64,000 nt of DNA from Gemmatimonadota bacterium (GTDB lineage: Bacteria > Gemmatimonadota > Gemmatimonadetes > Gemmatimonadales > GWC2-71-9): contig JBDHJR010000006.1 in assembly GCA_039586815.1 (NCBI GenBank), positions 26,455 through 90,454 on the forward strand. Reading direction: 5' to 3'. Under the pieces are notes generated by a model that searched no databases, was not told the origin of the DNA, and saw only the letters and a list, made by a program, of their open reading frames with translations. Shown here one piece after another: positions 29,892 to 39,739 of the stretch. The stretch's first letter is position 1. The number at the start of each line of letters is the position of its first letter. The translations under genes were made by a program, and so were the position numbers.

Positions 29892-30083
29892 TCAAGTTTC
29901 GTCGCTGAAGCCGGTGACCTTGTGCGCGCCGTCGCAGAATGGCTTGGTGCGCGAGTGGCCGCAGCGGCAGAGCGCGAAGTTGTCGGGGTTCTTGGGCGTG
30001 ATAGGCTTCCCCTCGTGGTCTGTGATCTCGCAGCCGCCGGTGACGAGGTAGGGGCCGTCCTTACGCACTTTGATCGTAGCCAT
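29892..30083 (-). CDS. CDGSH iron-sulfur domain protein
   Basis: DGPYLV...ALCRCGHSRTKPFCDGAH. Confidence 0.92.
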   Translation of the reverse strand: MATIKVRKDGPYLVTGGCEITDHEGKPITPKNPDNFALCRCGHSRTKPFCDGAHKVTGFSDET

Positions 30084-30111
30084 CGTAGCGTTCCCTTCGA
30101 GGGTGATCCGG

Positions 30112-31860
30112 TCAGGGGCGGCGCAGCAGCTCCAGCAACCGCTCCAGCGGATACGTGTTGATAACGTCGTCAGCGCCCAGCCACGCACGACGGGCCTGAT
30201 CTACGCCGTACTTCATGAGGTCGAGGTCGCGCACCCGGTGGGCGTCGGTGCCTAGCGAGACCTTCAGTCCCAGCTCCCGCGCCCGCATCAGGTGGGTGTC
30301 CTTCAAATCCAACCGCTCCGGGTGCGCGTTGAGTTCCACGATCACGCCGTGCTCGGCGCAGCAGGCCAGCACCTCCTCAACCTCGAACTCCATCGGGTCG
30401 CGGCGGTTGATCAGACGGCCCGTGGGGTGCGCCAGCACGTGCACCGCCGGATGCTCGACCGCCCGCAAGACACGCCTGGTCTGCTCGGCAGCCGGCAAGT
30501 CGAACCGGGAATGGACGGACACCAGCACCAAGTCGAGCTGCTCGAGCATCTCGTCTTCCAGATCCAGGCTCCCGTCGGCCAGGATATCCACCTCCATGCC
30601 GCGCAGAATCCGGATCTCTCTCCTCCGGGCAGCGATCTCCGCGATCTCATCCCACTGCTCTCGCAGCCTGGCCGCATCGAGCCCACCAGTCATGGCTAGG
30701 GCCTTGCTGTGGTCGGTGATCGCGAAGTACTCGTAGCCCCGGGCAAGGCACCCGTCGAGCATCTCCTCGATCGAGTTCTTGCCGTCCGACCAGGTGGAGT
30801 GCATCTGGAGGTCGCCGCGCAGGTCCTCGAGCGTGATCAGCTCGGGGAGGCTGCCCGCTTCGGCCGCCGCCATCTCTCCCCGGTCCTCCCTCAGCTCCGG
30901 AGCGATCCAGGGCAGGCCCACCGCGGCATACACGTCCGCCTCGTCCGTCCCCGCCACCAGTTCTCCGGAGCCGGGCTCGACCGCGTCACTTCCGCCCGGC
31001 ACCTTCGCCACGCCGTACTCCGAGACACTCAGGCCCCGAGCGACCGCCCGCTTGCGCAGCTTCACGTTGTGCTCCTTGGAGCCGGTGAAGTACTGCAGCG
31101 CGGCACCATAGCTCTCGGGGGGGAGCAGGCGCAGGTCTACCTGGAGTCCCGACTTGAGGATTACCGTCGCCTTGGTGTCGCCGGCCAGCTCCACCTTGCG
31201 CACGTCGCGGTAGGAGGTGAACTGCCCCATCACCTCCTCCGCCCCCCGGGCTATGACCAGGATGTCCACGTCGCCCACCGTCTCCCGGCGACGCCGGTAG
31301 CTGCCTGCCACCTCGATGCGCTCCACCGAGGCGAGCTCCCGCAGGTGCGCCACCAGGGGCTCGACGATCTGCTCCGCATCGGCGAGCCGGAAGCGACCGG
31401 TGCGCTTGCGGTAGGCCGCGATGGCCGAGAGGATCTTCTGCTGGCTCTTCTCACCGAAACCCGCGAGTCGCGCGACCTCACCCTCCTGCCCGACCCGCTC
31501 CAGGTCGTCGATCGTCTCGACTCCCAGCTCGTCCCACAGCTTCTTCGCCTTCTTCGCGCCGACGCCCGGCAGGCGTGTCAGCTCGATGAGCGAGAGCGGG
31601 ATCTCCCGGGACAGCTCGTCCAGCAGCGACAGCTTGCCCGCCGTGACGAGCTCGGTGACGTGACTCGAAATGTCCTTGCCGACAGCCGGCAGCTCGGTGA
31701 GGTCGGCCTCGTCTTCCACCATCTTCCGCAGCGGGGTGGTGTGCGACTCGATGGTGCGGGCCGCGTTCTGGTAGGCGCGGATGCGGAACGGATTGGAGCC
31801 CTTGATCTCCAGCAGTACCGCCACGTCCTCCAGCACGCGCGCGATCTCGATGTTTTCCAC
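30112..31860 (-). CDS. polX: DNA polymerase X with PHP domain
   Basis: NPFRIRAY, GSYRR..GDVD, VDLR, FTGSKEHN; PHP motifs HSTWSDG, TDHS, HPTGR, TDAH. Confidence 0.95.
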   Translation of the reverse strand: MENIEIARVLEDVAVLLEIKGSNPFRIRAYQNAARTIESHTTPLRKMVEDEADLTELPAVGKDISSHVTELVTAGKLSLLDELSREIPLSLIELTRLPGVGAKKAKKLWDELGVETIDDLERVGQEGEVARLAGFGEKSQQKILSAIAAYRKRTGRFRLADAEQIVEPLVAHLRELASVERIEVAGSYRRRRETVGDVDILVIARGAEEVMGQFTSYRDVRKVELAGDTKATVILKSGLQVDLRLLPPESYGAALQYFTGSKEHNVKLRKRAVARGLSVSEYGVAKVPGGSDAVEPGSGELVAGTDEADVYAAVGLPWIAPELREDRGEMAAAEAGSLPELITLEDLRGDLQMHSTWSDGKNSIEEMLDGCLARGYEYFAITDHSKALAMTGGLDAARLREQWDEIAEIAARRREIRILRGMEVDILADGSLDLEDEMLEQLDLVLVSVHSRFDLPAAEQTRRVLRAVEHPAVHVLAHPTGRLINRRDPMEFEVEEVLACCAEHGVIVELNAHPERLDLKDTHLMRARELGLKVSLGTDAHRVRDLDLMKYGVDQARRAWLGADDVINTYPLERLLELLRRP

Positions 31861-33876
31861 CTAGACGTCGGCCCCCTTGGATCGCACGAACTCCACGAAC
31901 TCGTCTTCGGTGAGTGTCTTCACGCCCAGGCGCTGCGCGTCGTCGAGCTTGGAGCCGGGGTTCTCGCCCGCTACGACGAAGCCGGTCTCCTTGCTCACCG
32001 AGGAGGTCACCCGCCCACCGAGGGACTCGACCAGCTGCTTTGCGTCGCGCCGCGAGAGCCGCGCCAGCCCCCCGGTGAACACGACCTTGATCCCGGCCAG
32101 CTGTGCCGCGGCCCCTCCCGTGGGCTCCACCAGCTCCATCCTCTTGTCGAGGAGCGTATCCAGCATCTTGCGGTTCCGCTCGTTCTCGAAGAATGCCTCG
32201 ATCTGTTGCGCCATCTTGGGGCCCACTCCCGGTACGCCTTCCAGGTCTTCGACCGAAGCGCGGCGCAGCGCGTCCAGCGAACGGAAGTGCCGTGCCAGAT
32301 CCCGAGCCACGGCCACGCCCACCTCCGGGATCCCCAGACCGATGAGAAACCGGTGCAGCTCCACGCGGGACGCGCGGGCGATCCCGTCCACCAGGTTCTG
32401 CGCCGACTTCTCCGCGAAGCCCTCGAGCTTCACCAACTGCTCCCGCGTGAGCTCGAACAGATCGGGTAGCTGCCGCACCAAGCGCTCTGCGACCAGCAGC
32501 TTCGCCCTCTCGTCACCGATCCCCTCGATGTCGAGGGCGTCACGCGACGCGAACAGCAGGATCTTGCCGGCCAGCTGGGCGGGGCACTCGAAGCCGTTGG
32601 GGCACACCGTGAACGGCCCCCGCTCGATCAGTGGCGAGCCGCACGACGGACACTTCTTGGGCATGCGGTACCGGGCGGCGCGCTTGCGTCCCGCCTCCTG
32701 CACGCGCTCAAGTACCTGCGGGATCACGTCGCCAGCACGCTGCACCCGCACCCGGTCGCCCTCGCGTATATCCTTGCGCTCCACCTCCTCCCGGTTGTGC
32801 AGGCTCGCGCGGCTCACCGTCACGCCGCCCAGCTCGACCGGACGGAGCATGGCAATGGGTGTGACCGCACCGGTACGCCCCACGCTGGGGACGATGGCGA
32901 GCACCCGGGTCACTTCCTTGCGCGGCGGGAACTTGAACGCATACGCCCAACGTGGGTGGTGCGACGTGGCCCCCACTTCGTCGCGCAGAGCCAGGTCGTC
33001 GAGCTTGATCACGATGCCGTCGATCTCGTACGCCAGGTCGTCCCGCTGCTCGTACAGCTCACCGTGGTACGCGGCTATCTCTGCGACCGATGTGACGTGA
33101 CGCGCCAGCTCGTTCACGGGAAAGCCCCAGTCCCCGAGCGCAGCGAGCGCTTCCCATTGCGTAGCCACCTCCACGCCTTCGGCGGCCAGTATGTCGTACA
33201 CGTACAGGTCGAGCGGGCGCTGAGCGGTGATCTGGGGATCGAGCTGGCGCAGCGAGCCCGCCGCCGCGTTGCGCGGATTGGCGAACGGCTCCCTCCCCTC
33301 CCTCAGCAGGCGCTCGTTCAGCTCCTCGAACGCGCCCACCCGCATGATCACCTCACCGCGCACGGCGAGCAGCGTGGGCGCGGCACGGTCACCGTCCCGC
33401 AATCGTAACGGAGCCGCCCCAATGGTGCGGATGTTCTCGATGATCCCCTCACCGTGCTGCCCGTCACCCCGCGTGGAGGCGCGCACCAGCACGCCGTCCT
33501 GGTACACCAGCTCCACTGACGCGCCGTCGAGCTTGGGATCGATCACGTAGGCGATGTCGCCGCCGAGTGCCTTGCGCAATCGCTCGTCGAAGCGCTCGAG
33601 CTGCGCCGTATCCTGCCCGGAGTCCAGGCTCAGCATCGGGGCGGCGTGCTCTACCGTGGGGAACTTGTCGAGCGGAGCGCCGGCCACCCGCTGCGTCGGC
33701 GAGTCGGGCGTGCGCAGCTCCGGGTATTGCTCTTCCAGCTGCTTCAGATCCCGGAACAGAGCGTCGTACGCCTCGTCCGAGACATCCGGCGCGTCCTTGA
33801 CGTAGTACAGATAGTCGTGGTGCCGGATCTGCGTGCGAAGCTCGCGAATGCGCTTCTCGGCCTGGGTGCGGTTCAT
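31861..33876 (-). CDS. ligA: NAD-dependent DNA ligase
   Basis: HDYLYY, KLDG, RNAAAGSLRQLD, Zn finger, HhH, BRCT; start MNRTQ overlaps the MFS stop. Confidence 0.97.
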   Translation of the reverse strand: MNRTQAEKRIRELRTQIRHHDYLYYVKDAPDVSDEAYDALFRDLKQLEEQYPELRTPDSPTQRVAGAPLDKFPTVEHAAPMLSLDSGQDTAQLERFDERLRKALGGDIAYVIDPKLDGASVELVYQDGVLVRASTRGDGQHGEGIIENIRTIGAAPLRLRDGDRAAPTLLAVRGEVIMRVGAFEELNERLLREGREPFANPRNAAAGSLRQLDPQITAQRPLDLYVYDILAAEGVEVATQWEALAALGDWGFPVNELARHVTSVAEIAAYHGELYEQRDDLAYEIDGIVIKLDDLALRDEVGATSHHPRWAYAFKFPPRKEVTRVLAIVPSVGRTGAVTPIAMLRPVELGGVTVSRASLHNREEVERKDIREGDRVRVQRAGDVIPQVLERVQEAGRKRAARYRMPKKCPSCGSPLIERGPFTVCPNGFECPAQLAGKILLFASRDALDIEGIGDERAKLLVAERLVRQLPDLFELTREQLVKLEGFAEKSAQNLVDGIARASRVELHRFLIGLGIPEVGVAVARDLARHFRSLDALRRASVEDLEGVPGVGPKMAQQIEAFFENERNRKMLDTLLDKRMELVEPTGGAAAQLAGIKVVFTGGLARLSRRDAKQLVESLGGRVTSSVSKETGFVVAGENPGSKLDDAQRLGVKTLTEDEFVEFVRSKGADV

Positions 33877-35060
33877 GGCTCCGGGGAATGTAGTGCGCGA
33901 TTGGGCGCCCACGCGAGCAACAGAGCGAGCGTTGCCGCTCCGAGCGCCGCGCTCGCCAGGAACGCCCCACCCACACCTCGCAGAGCGAATGCTGCTCCCG
34001 CCGCCACCGGACCCAGGGTCTGGCCCAGCCGCAGCGCCATCCCGTTGACCGACATGAAGGCCGCACGCGACTCCGCCGGCGGGTACCCGGCAACGATGGT
34101 CAGGATCGACGGGATGTTGATCCCGTTGGCGGCGCCGAACACCAGGATGAGCGCGATGATTCCCCAGATCGAATCGGCAAACGGGATGGCCGCGAACGCC
34201 ACCACGTACAGCATGAACCCGAACTTGATCAGCCTGCCCTCGCCGTACGCCCGGGCCAGCCGACCCAGATAGAACGATGCCACGGCCGTGGCGATAGAGG
34301 TCGTCGCCATGACCAGGCCGATCCACAGAGAGGAGAACCCGAACGACCCCTCGAGCAGGAACGGCAAGTACGACAAGTAAGCCCCATAGATCAGGATGAA
34401 GGTCACGATGCCGGCGGCGAACAGAGCGAGCACTTCGCGGTTTTGGAACATGCGGAGCGTGGAGCGGAGATACTCGCCCAGCCCGGTCCGCACCGTCGGC
34501 TCCGGACTCTGCAGTACCAGCAACACGAACAGCCCCACAGGCACGGCGAGGATCGGCAGAAAGAACGGCATGTACCACCCGATCAGGGCGAGGGCGCCTC
34601 CAATGGCCGGGTAGAGCGCCGTTCCCACGCTCAGTACCGAGGCGTTGTACCCGAACGCAGTGGTGCGGCGCGGGCCCCGGTACAGATCACCGATGATCGT
34701 GACGTTCATCGAGCCCAGTGCCGCGCCCCCCAGGCCCTGCAGCAAGCGCAGCCCCACCAGCAACTCGAAGGTCCGGGCGAAGCCGCAGGCGAAGCCCCCG
34801 ATGCCGAACAGAAACAGCGACGGCACCAGAATGCGCTTGCGGCCGTAGCGATCGGCCAGCACTCCGAGAAACGGGGTCAAGACGGCGCCGGGCAGGGTGA
34901 ACACCGAGATCAGCAGGCCCACCGACTGCGGGGTCACCGTCAGCTGCTCTGAGATCTGCGGGAACGCGGGCGTCACGCTGGCCACTCCGAGCATGGCCAT
35001 GAGCGTCACGCCGAAAACGACGTGAAGGTTCGGATCCCGGAGGAGCGGGGGCCGCTCTAC
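33873..35060 (-). CDS. MFS transporter
   Basis: GVLADRYGRK motif A, about 12 TM; first canonical start is GTG 35009 but the frame is open further upstream. Confidence 0.88.
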   Translation of the reverse strand, partial: VERPPLLRDPNLHVVFGVTLMAMLGVASVTPAFPQISEQLTVTPQSVGLLISVFTLPGAVLTPFLGVLADRYGRKRILVPSLFLFGIGGFACGFARTFELLVGLRLLQGLGGAALGSMNVTIIGDLYRGPRRTTAFGYNASVLSVGTALYPAIGGALALIGWYMPFFLPILAVPVGLFVLLVLQSPEPTVRTGLGEYLRSTLRMFQNREVLALFAAGIVTFILIYGAYLSYLPFLLEGSFGFSSLWIGLVMATTSIATAVASFYLGRLARAYGEGRLIKFGFMLYVVAFAAIPFADSIWGIIALILVFGAANGINIPSILTIVAGYPPAESRAAFMSVNGMALRLGQTLGPVAAGAAFALRGVGGAFLASAALGAATLALLLAWAPNRALHSPEP

Positions 35061-35064
35061 CGCC

Positions 35065-36252
35065 CTACCCCCCGGAGTACGCGCTCATTCCGGTGACCGC
35101 CTCACCCAGGATGAGCGTGTGGATGTCGTGCGTGCCCTCGTACGTGTAGACGCTCTCGAGGTTGGCCATGTGTCGCATGGCCTGGTACTCGGCCAGGATG
35201 CCGCTCGCGCCCAGCAGCCGGCGTGTCTCGCGGGCACACTCACAGGCCATGTCCACGTTGTTCCGCTTCGCGAGTGAAACCTGCTGAGGCGTCGCCTCGC
35301 CCCGGTCCTTGAGGCGCCCTAACTGCAGGCAGAGCAGCTGTGCCTTGGTGATCTCGGTGAGCATGTCCGCGAGCCGCTGCTGCTGGATCTGGAAGCCGCC
35401 GATGGGCCGGTCGAACATCACCCGCTCCTTGGCGTAGCTCACCGCCTCCTCGAAGCACGCCATGGCGGCGCCGATGCCGCCCCACGCGATCCCGTAACGT
35501 GCCTGCGTGAGGCACATCAGCGAGCACTTGAGTCCCTTGCTGTTGGGCAGGATGGCGTCCTTGGGAACGCGCACGTCCTCGAGCACCAGCTCGCTGGTAT
35601 CGCTTGCCAGCAGCGAGAGCTTCCCTTCCTGATCCTTGGCCGTGAACCCCTTGGTGTCGGTGGGCACGATGAAGCCGTATATGGAGCGCGCGTCATCGAG
35701 CTCTCCGGTCTTGGCCCAGACGATGGCAACGTCGGCCATGGACCCGCTGGTGATCCACATCTTGGCACCGTTCAGCACCCACTCGTCGCCGTCCTCGCGC
35801 GCGGTGGTGATCAGCCCGCCGGGGTTCGAGCCGTAATCGGGCTCGGTGAGCCCGAAGCACCCGATGACCTCGCCGGTGGCGAGCTTGGGCAACCACTCCC
35901 TACGCTGCTCCTCGCTGCCGAACGTGTGGATCGGATACATCACGAGTGCGCCCTGCACCGAGGCAAACGACCGCAGTCCCGAATCGGCCCGTTCCAGCTC
36001 TTGCATGATGAGCCCGTACGCTACGTTGTTGAGCTCCGCGCAGCCGTACTCCGCCGGGAGATTGGCACCGTACATGCCCAGCTCACCCATCTGAGGGATG
36101 AGCTCCTCGGGGAAGCGCCTCTCCAGGTAGTGCTCTCGGATGATCGGCATGACCGAATCGTCCACCCAGCGGCGTACGGTGTCGCGCACCGCACGCTCCT
36201 CTTCGGTGAACAGTGAATCGACATCGTAGAAGTCCACACCCTTGAACGTCAT
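35065..36252 (-). CDS. gcdH: Glutaryl-CoA dehydrogenase
   Basis: DSGLRSFASVQ, GCFGLTEPDYGS, ARYGIAWG, NLESVYTYEGTHDIH. Confidence 0.9.
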   Translation of the reverse strand: MTFKGVDFYDVDSLFTEEERAVRDTVRRWVDDSVMPIIREHYLERRFPEELIPQMGELGMYGANLPAEYGCAELNNVAYGLIMQELERADSGLRSFASVQGALVMYPIHTFGSEEQRREWLPKLATGEVIGCFGLTEPDYGSNPGGLITTAREDGDEWVLNGAKMWITSGSMADVAIVWAKTGELDDARSIYGFIVPTDTKGFTAKDQEGKLSLLASDTSELVLEDVRVPKDAILPNSKGLKCSLMCLTQARYGIAWGGIGAAMACFEEAVSYAKERVMFDRPIGGFQIQQQRLADMLTEITKAQLLCLQLGRLKDRGEATPQQVSLAKRNNVDMACECARETRRLLGASGILAEYQAMRHMANLESVYTYEGTHDIHTLILGEAVTGMSAYSGG

Positions 36253-36980
36253 GCTGCCCCCTCTTCCTCTTGGTCCCCGGTCACGTAGCGCGGCCTCACG
36301 TCCACGTCGCGGCTCGCAACCGGGGCAATCCCGACCTCCCGTGCCTTGCGGCGGAAGCTGGGACCATGATCGGCCTCCTGTCCCGACTCCGCCTGCCATT
36401 GGTGCACCATCTCATGCAGCAACGTATGACCTACCTCATCCCACCCGTCATGCGCTATGTGGCGCCGGCTCACGGCTATCTCGATCGCCTGGCCCGTGTG
36501 CGCGTCGATGGTGAGCTCCCCCAGGCGAGTGCGCATCCTGCTGGAGATGCGCAGCGCGATGGGCGACAGCGCCCCCGAGAAATGCCGCCGGTTGAGCTCT
36601 CCGTGCAGCTCCCGCAGCCGGGCCAGCACATGGCGGTCGCCCGGTCGCAGACGGGGGCTGCGGCGGCGGCGCGGGCGCACGAACTCGTCGACGGGAAACG
36701 CACCCAGGAGCCGCTCCGCCTGCTTGCGTGCGGCGGGACCCGCGCCGGACGAGACGTAGGTGACGACGGCTCCCAGCACACGATCGGACGCGTACGCGTA
36801 ACCCCGGTGGATGCGAAGAGCTCCGTGCTTGGTGACGCTCACCAGTACCGTGTGGTTCTCGTGCATTTCGAGCCGTGGAACGGGGGGGAGACCCAGCTCC
36901 ACCAACCGCCTGGCGAGAAGCTCCTCGTCGGCGCGCCGCGCCGAAGCGTCAGCCCACGCTCGTCGCGACTTCCGCCTCAT
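36249..36980 (-). CDS. SprT-like zinc metalloprotease
   Basis: LNRRHF, RMRTRLG, TLLHEMVH, HGPSF. Confidence 0.8.
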   Translation of the reverse strand: MRRKSRRAWADASARRADEELLARRLVELGLPPVPRLEMHENHTVLVSVTKHGALRIHRGYAYASDRVLGAVVTYVSSGAGPAARKQAERLLGAFPVDEFVRPRRRRSPRLRPGDRHVLARLRELHGELNRRHFSGALSPIALRISSRMRTRLGELTIDAHTGQAIEIAVSRRHIAHDGWDEVGHTLLHEMVHQWQAESGQEADHGPSFRRKAREVGIAPVASRDVDVRPRYVTGDQEEEGAA

Positions 36981-37806
36981 GCCGCCTGTGCGGGCGCGGG
37001 AAGCTGTGGACGTCGGACCTCATGAACAACCGACGGCCGGCCTCCCAGCGGTACTGCTCCACGTGAATCCCTTCGTCCTCGATCCTCACACGGTGGAACA
37101 CCGACGGGCGCCCGCCCCTCGACCGGGTCGAGAGAGTGCCGGCGCAGGACACCACTACCCGGCCGTCCATCACGTCCGCCTTCTCCTGGTGATCGTGCCC
37201 GCAGAGCACCAGATCCGCCCCCGACTCCACGATTCGCCGCTGCGCCTGGCGCCAGCGAGCCAGGCCCATGCGGCGCGAGAGCTCGCCCCGCATCACGTTG
37301 TGGTGCACCACGAGCACGCGCGCCTGGCCCGGCTCCGCCTGCGCGAAGACCTGGCCCACCCGCTCGATCGCCTTCTTGGGCAGATGCCCCTTCACCGCCA
37401 GGTCGCGCAGGCGCCAGGTCAACGACCCCCACGTCACGCCGTGGGAGGTGAGGGCGCTCGCGATCACGGCCTCGGGAAACTTGAGGGTGGGTGCCAGCAC
37501 CGGCCCGAAGTAGCGCACGTACTTGCGGTACTTCGCCGCCGAAGCGAACGGGATGAAGGGCCGCCACCACCACTGCACGTCGTGATTCCCCGGTACGGCG
37601 AACACCGGCGCCGTGCGCTCCAGCTCGCGGACGAAGCCCCGGGCGGCCTGGTACTCGCCGTGGCGGCTGCGCAGCGAGACATCGCCCGACAGCACGATCA
37701 CCCGCGGATCGAGATCCGGAACCAGCTCCTCCACCGCCTGGATCTGCTGCAGGTCCGCCACGTTGCCGAAGTGGGGATCGGATATATGAACGATGCTGAA
37801 CGTCAC
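36949..37806 (-). CDS. Calcineurin-like metallophosphoesterase (CpdA/Icc-like)
   Basis: SDPHFG, SGD, PGNHD, HH, GHDH. Confidence 0.9.
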   Translation of the reverse strand: MTFSIVHISDPHFGNVADLQQIQAVEELVPDLDPRVIVLSGDVSLRSRHGEYQAARGFVRELERTAPVFAVPGNHDVQWWWRPFIPFASAAKYRKYVRYFGPVLAPTLKFPEAVIASALTSHGVTWGSLTWRLRDLAVKGHLPKKAIERVGQVFAQAEPGQARVLVVHHNVMRGELSRRMGLARWRQAQRRIVESGADLVLCGHDHQEKADVMDGRVVVSCAGTLSTRSRGGRPSVFHRVRIEDEGIHVEQYRWEAGRRLFMRSDVHSFPRPHRRHEAEVATSVG

Positions 37807-37819
37807 CTGAGGGATCGCC

Positions 37820-38089
37820 TCACTTGAGATACTCCCGCAGTATGCGTTTGACGACCAGGTACGTGAGCAGGTACCAGATCGCGATGGATGCCGCGCCCAC
37901 CATGCGTGAGGTCGGCTCCGCCGGCATCTTCAGCAGCACGTAGATGCCCACGCCTATCGTACTGACCAACGCCACCAAGCGGCCAATGCGGTGCGCCCTG
38001 CGCTCGATCTCCTGACGGCAAGCCGGGCAGAGCTCGCCGAGGGGAAGCTCCACCTCTCGCTGGCAGCGTGGGCACTCGTGCTCAACCAA
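37820..38089 (-). CDS. Small zinc-ribbon two-TM membrane protein
   Basis: CPRC...CPAC followed by two hydrophobic helices; TTG start overlapping the icd-family stop assumed. Confidence 0.6.
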   Translation of the reverse strand: MVEHECPRCQREVELPLGELCPACRQEIERRAHRIGRLVALVSTIGVGIYVLLKMPAEPTSRMVGAASIAIWYLLTYLVVKRILREYLK

Positions 38090-39101
38090 GACGCCCAAGA
38101 ACGGCGTCTGTGAACTCGATCGTCGTAGCATTTCCCCCGAGGTCCGGCGTGCGCGGCGCGCCATCCAGCAGCGTCGCTTCCAGAGCACCGCGAATGCGCT
38201 GCGCCGCCTCCATTTCGTCCAGATGATCCAGCATCAGGCATGCTGCAAGCAGCAGCGCCGACGGGTTGGCGACGCCCTTGCCGGCGATGTCGGGCGCCGA
38301 TCCGTGCACCGCCTCGAACAGGGCCGCACGGTCACCCACGTTGGCACCCGGCGCCAGCCCCAGACCACCCACCAATCCCGCGATCTCGTCGCTCAGGATG
38401 TCCCCAAACATGTTGGTTGTCACGATCACGTCGAACTGCGAGGGATCGAGCACCAGCTTCATCGCAGCAGCGTCGATTATCACGTCGTTCACGTCCACGC
38501 GCCCGGTGTAGTCCTGCGCCACCTCTCGCGCCGTGTCGAGAAACAGCCCGCTCACAGCCTTGAGGATGTTCGCCTTGTGGCAGATCGTGACCTTGCACCG
38601 CCCGTGTTTCAGCGCGTACTCGAACGCGAACCGCGCGATCCGCTCGCAACCGCGGCGAGTGACGACCGCGTTGGACTGAGCCACCGCCCTGGGATCGTCG
38701 CCCATCGGGATCGTGGCCTCGAAGCCGATGTACAGCCCTTCCGTGTTCTCCCGCACCAGCACGATGTCCACGTCCTCGAACCGCCCACCGCGGAGTATCG
38801 TCTTGGCGGGACGCACGTTGGCATAGAGATCGAACTCACGGCGCAGCGCCACGTTCACGGATCGAAACCCGCTGCCCACCGGCGTCGTGAGGGGCCCCTT
38901 GAGTGCCACTCCGCAGCGGCCGAAGCTCTCCACCGTGGCGTCGGGCAGCGGCGAGCCCGTGCTTTCCAGCGCTGCAACGCCGGCGGTCTGCTCGTCCCAT
39001 TCGATTGCGACACCCGCGACATTCAGCACCCGCAGGACGGCTTCAGTGATCTCCGGTCCTATGCCGTCGCCCGGGATGAGGGTGACGCGGCGTGCGGTCA
39101 T
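38082..39101 (-). CDS. Isocitrate/isopropylmalate dehydrogenase family (NAD-IDH-like)
   Basis: IPGDGIGPE, SVNVALRR, RENTEGLY, HKANILK, NMFGDILSD, HGSAPDIAG. Confidence 0.9.
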   Translation of the reverse strand: MTARRVTLIPGDGIGPEITEAVLRVLNVAGVAIEWDEQTAGVAALESTGSPLPDATVESFGRCGVALKGPLTTPVGSGFRSVNVALRREFDLYANVRPAKTILRGGRFEDVDIVLVRENTEGLYIGFEATIPMGDDPRAVAQSNAVVTRRGCERIARFAFEYALKHGRCKVTICHKANILKAVSGLFLDTAREVAQDYTGRVDVNDVIIDAAAMKLVLDPSQFDVIVTTNMFGDILSDEIAGLVGGLGLAPGANVGDRAALFEAVHGSAPDIAGKGVANPSALLLAACLMLDHLDEMEAAQRIRGALEATLLDGAPRTPDLGGNATTIEFTDAVLGRLG

Positions 39102-39739
39102 GGCAGGCCGGGAACCAGGCTGACGAGCGCCTCCCACAGTGCCGACCAGGGGTCCTCTCCCTCGCCCCGCGCCACCGTGCGCCAGTCCACGCTGCCGCTG
39201 CGTACCTCGACCACCACCATCGTCAGCTCGGCACGTGCCACCCCGGCAGAGTCGGTGGCGAAGTAGGCGAGGCTCGCCGGCACGAGCGCATAGCGGTCAC
39301 CGGCCACGCCGGTGAGGTTGCGCATCTGGCTGCGCAGCGGGTCGGGGACCTTCTCGAGACCCTCCGCCCGCAGCAGAGCCGTGCCCATCTTGCCGGGGTC
39401 ACTCAGCATTCCCGGCGCCTGCCGCGCCATGTGCCGCAGCACGCCGGTCATGACCCAATCCGCCTCGGGCGCCCGCTCATCGAGGAACAACTCTATCAGG
39501 CTGTCGGCGTGGTGCAGCGCTTCATCTCGCGGCCGGATCAAGCTGTCCCACTCGAGCTTCGGCTCGGCCACGATCAGCGTGAGGGGATAGACCGTGACCG
39601 GCTCCCCTGCCAGGCCGGCCGTGGGGAGGGGATGAGTGACAGGCTCGACAGGCTCCTCAGGCTCCTGTTTGGAGGAGCAGCTCCATGCGGCGACCGCGAC
39701 GCCGAGGAGCAGGAGGCCGGGGATCAGGCGTCGCGCCAT
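39098..39739 (-). CDS. Hypothetical lipoprotein
   Basis: Signal peptide with AWSC lipobox; overlaps neighbours. Confidence 0.72.
   Translation of the reverse strand: MARRLIPGLLLLGVAVAAWSCSSKQEPEEPVEPVTHPLPTAGLAGEPVTVYPLTLIVAEPKLEWDSLIRPRDEALHHADSLIELFLDERAPEADWVMTGVLRHMARQAPGMLSDPGKMGTALLRAEGLEKVPDPLRSQMRNLTGVAGDRYALVPASLAYFATDSAGVARAELTMVVVEVRSGSVDWRTVARGEGEDPWSALWEALVSLVPGLP

Noticed and set aside
31861-34578. 905-aa LigA (and similarly extended UbiD 685 aa, MoeA 537 aa, EtfA 434 aa) suggesting novel fusions
   Set aside because: The extensions are off-frame read-through of upstream genes; internal starts match family N-termini and stop/start overlaps
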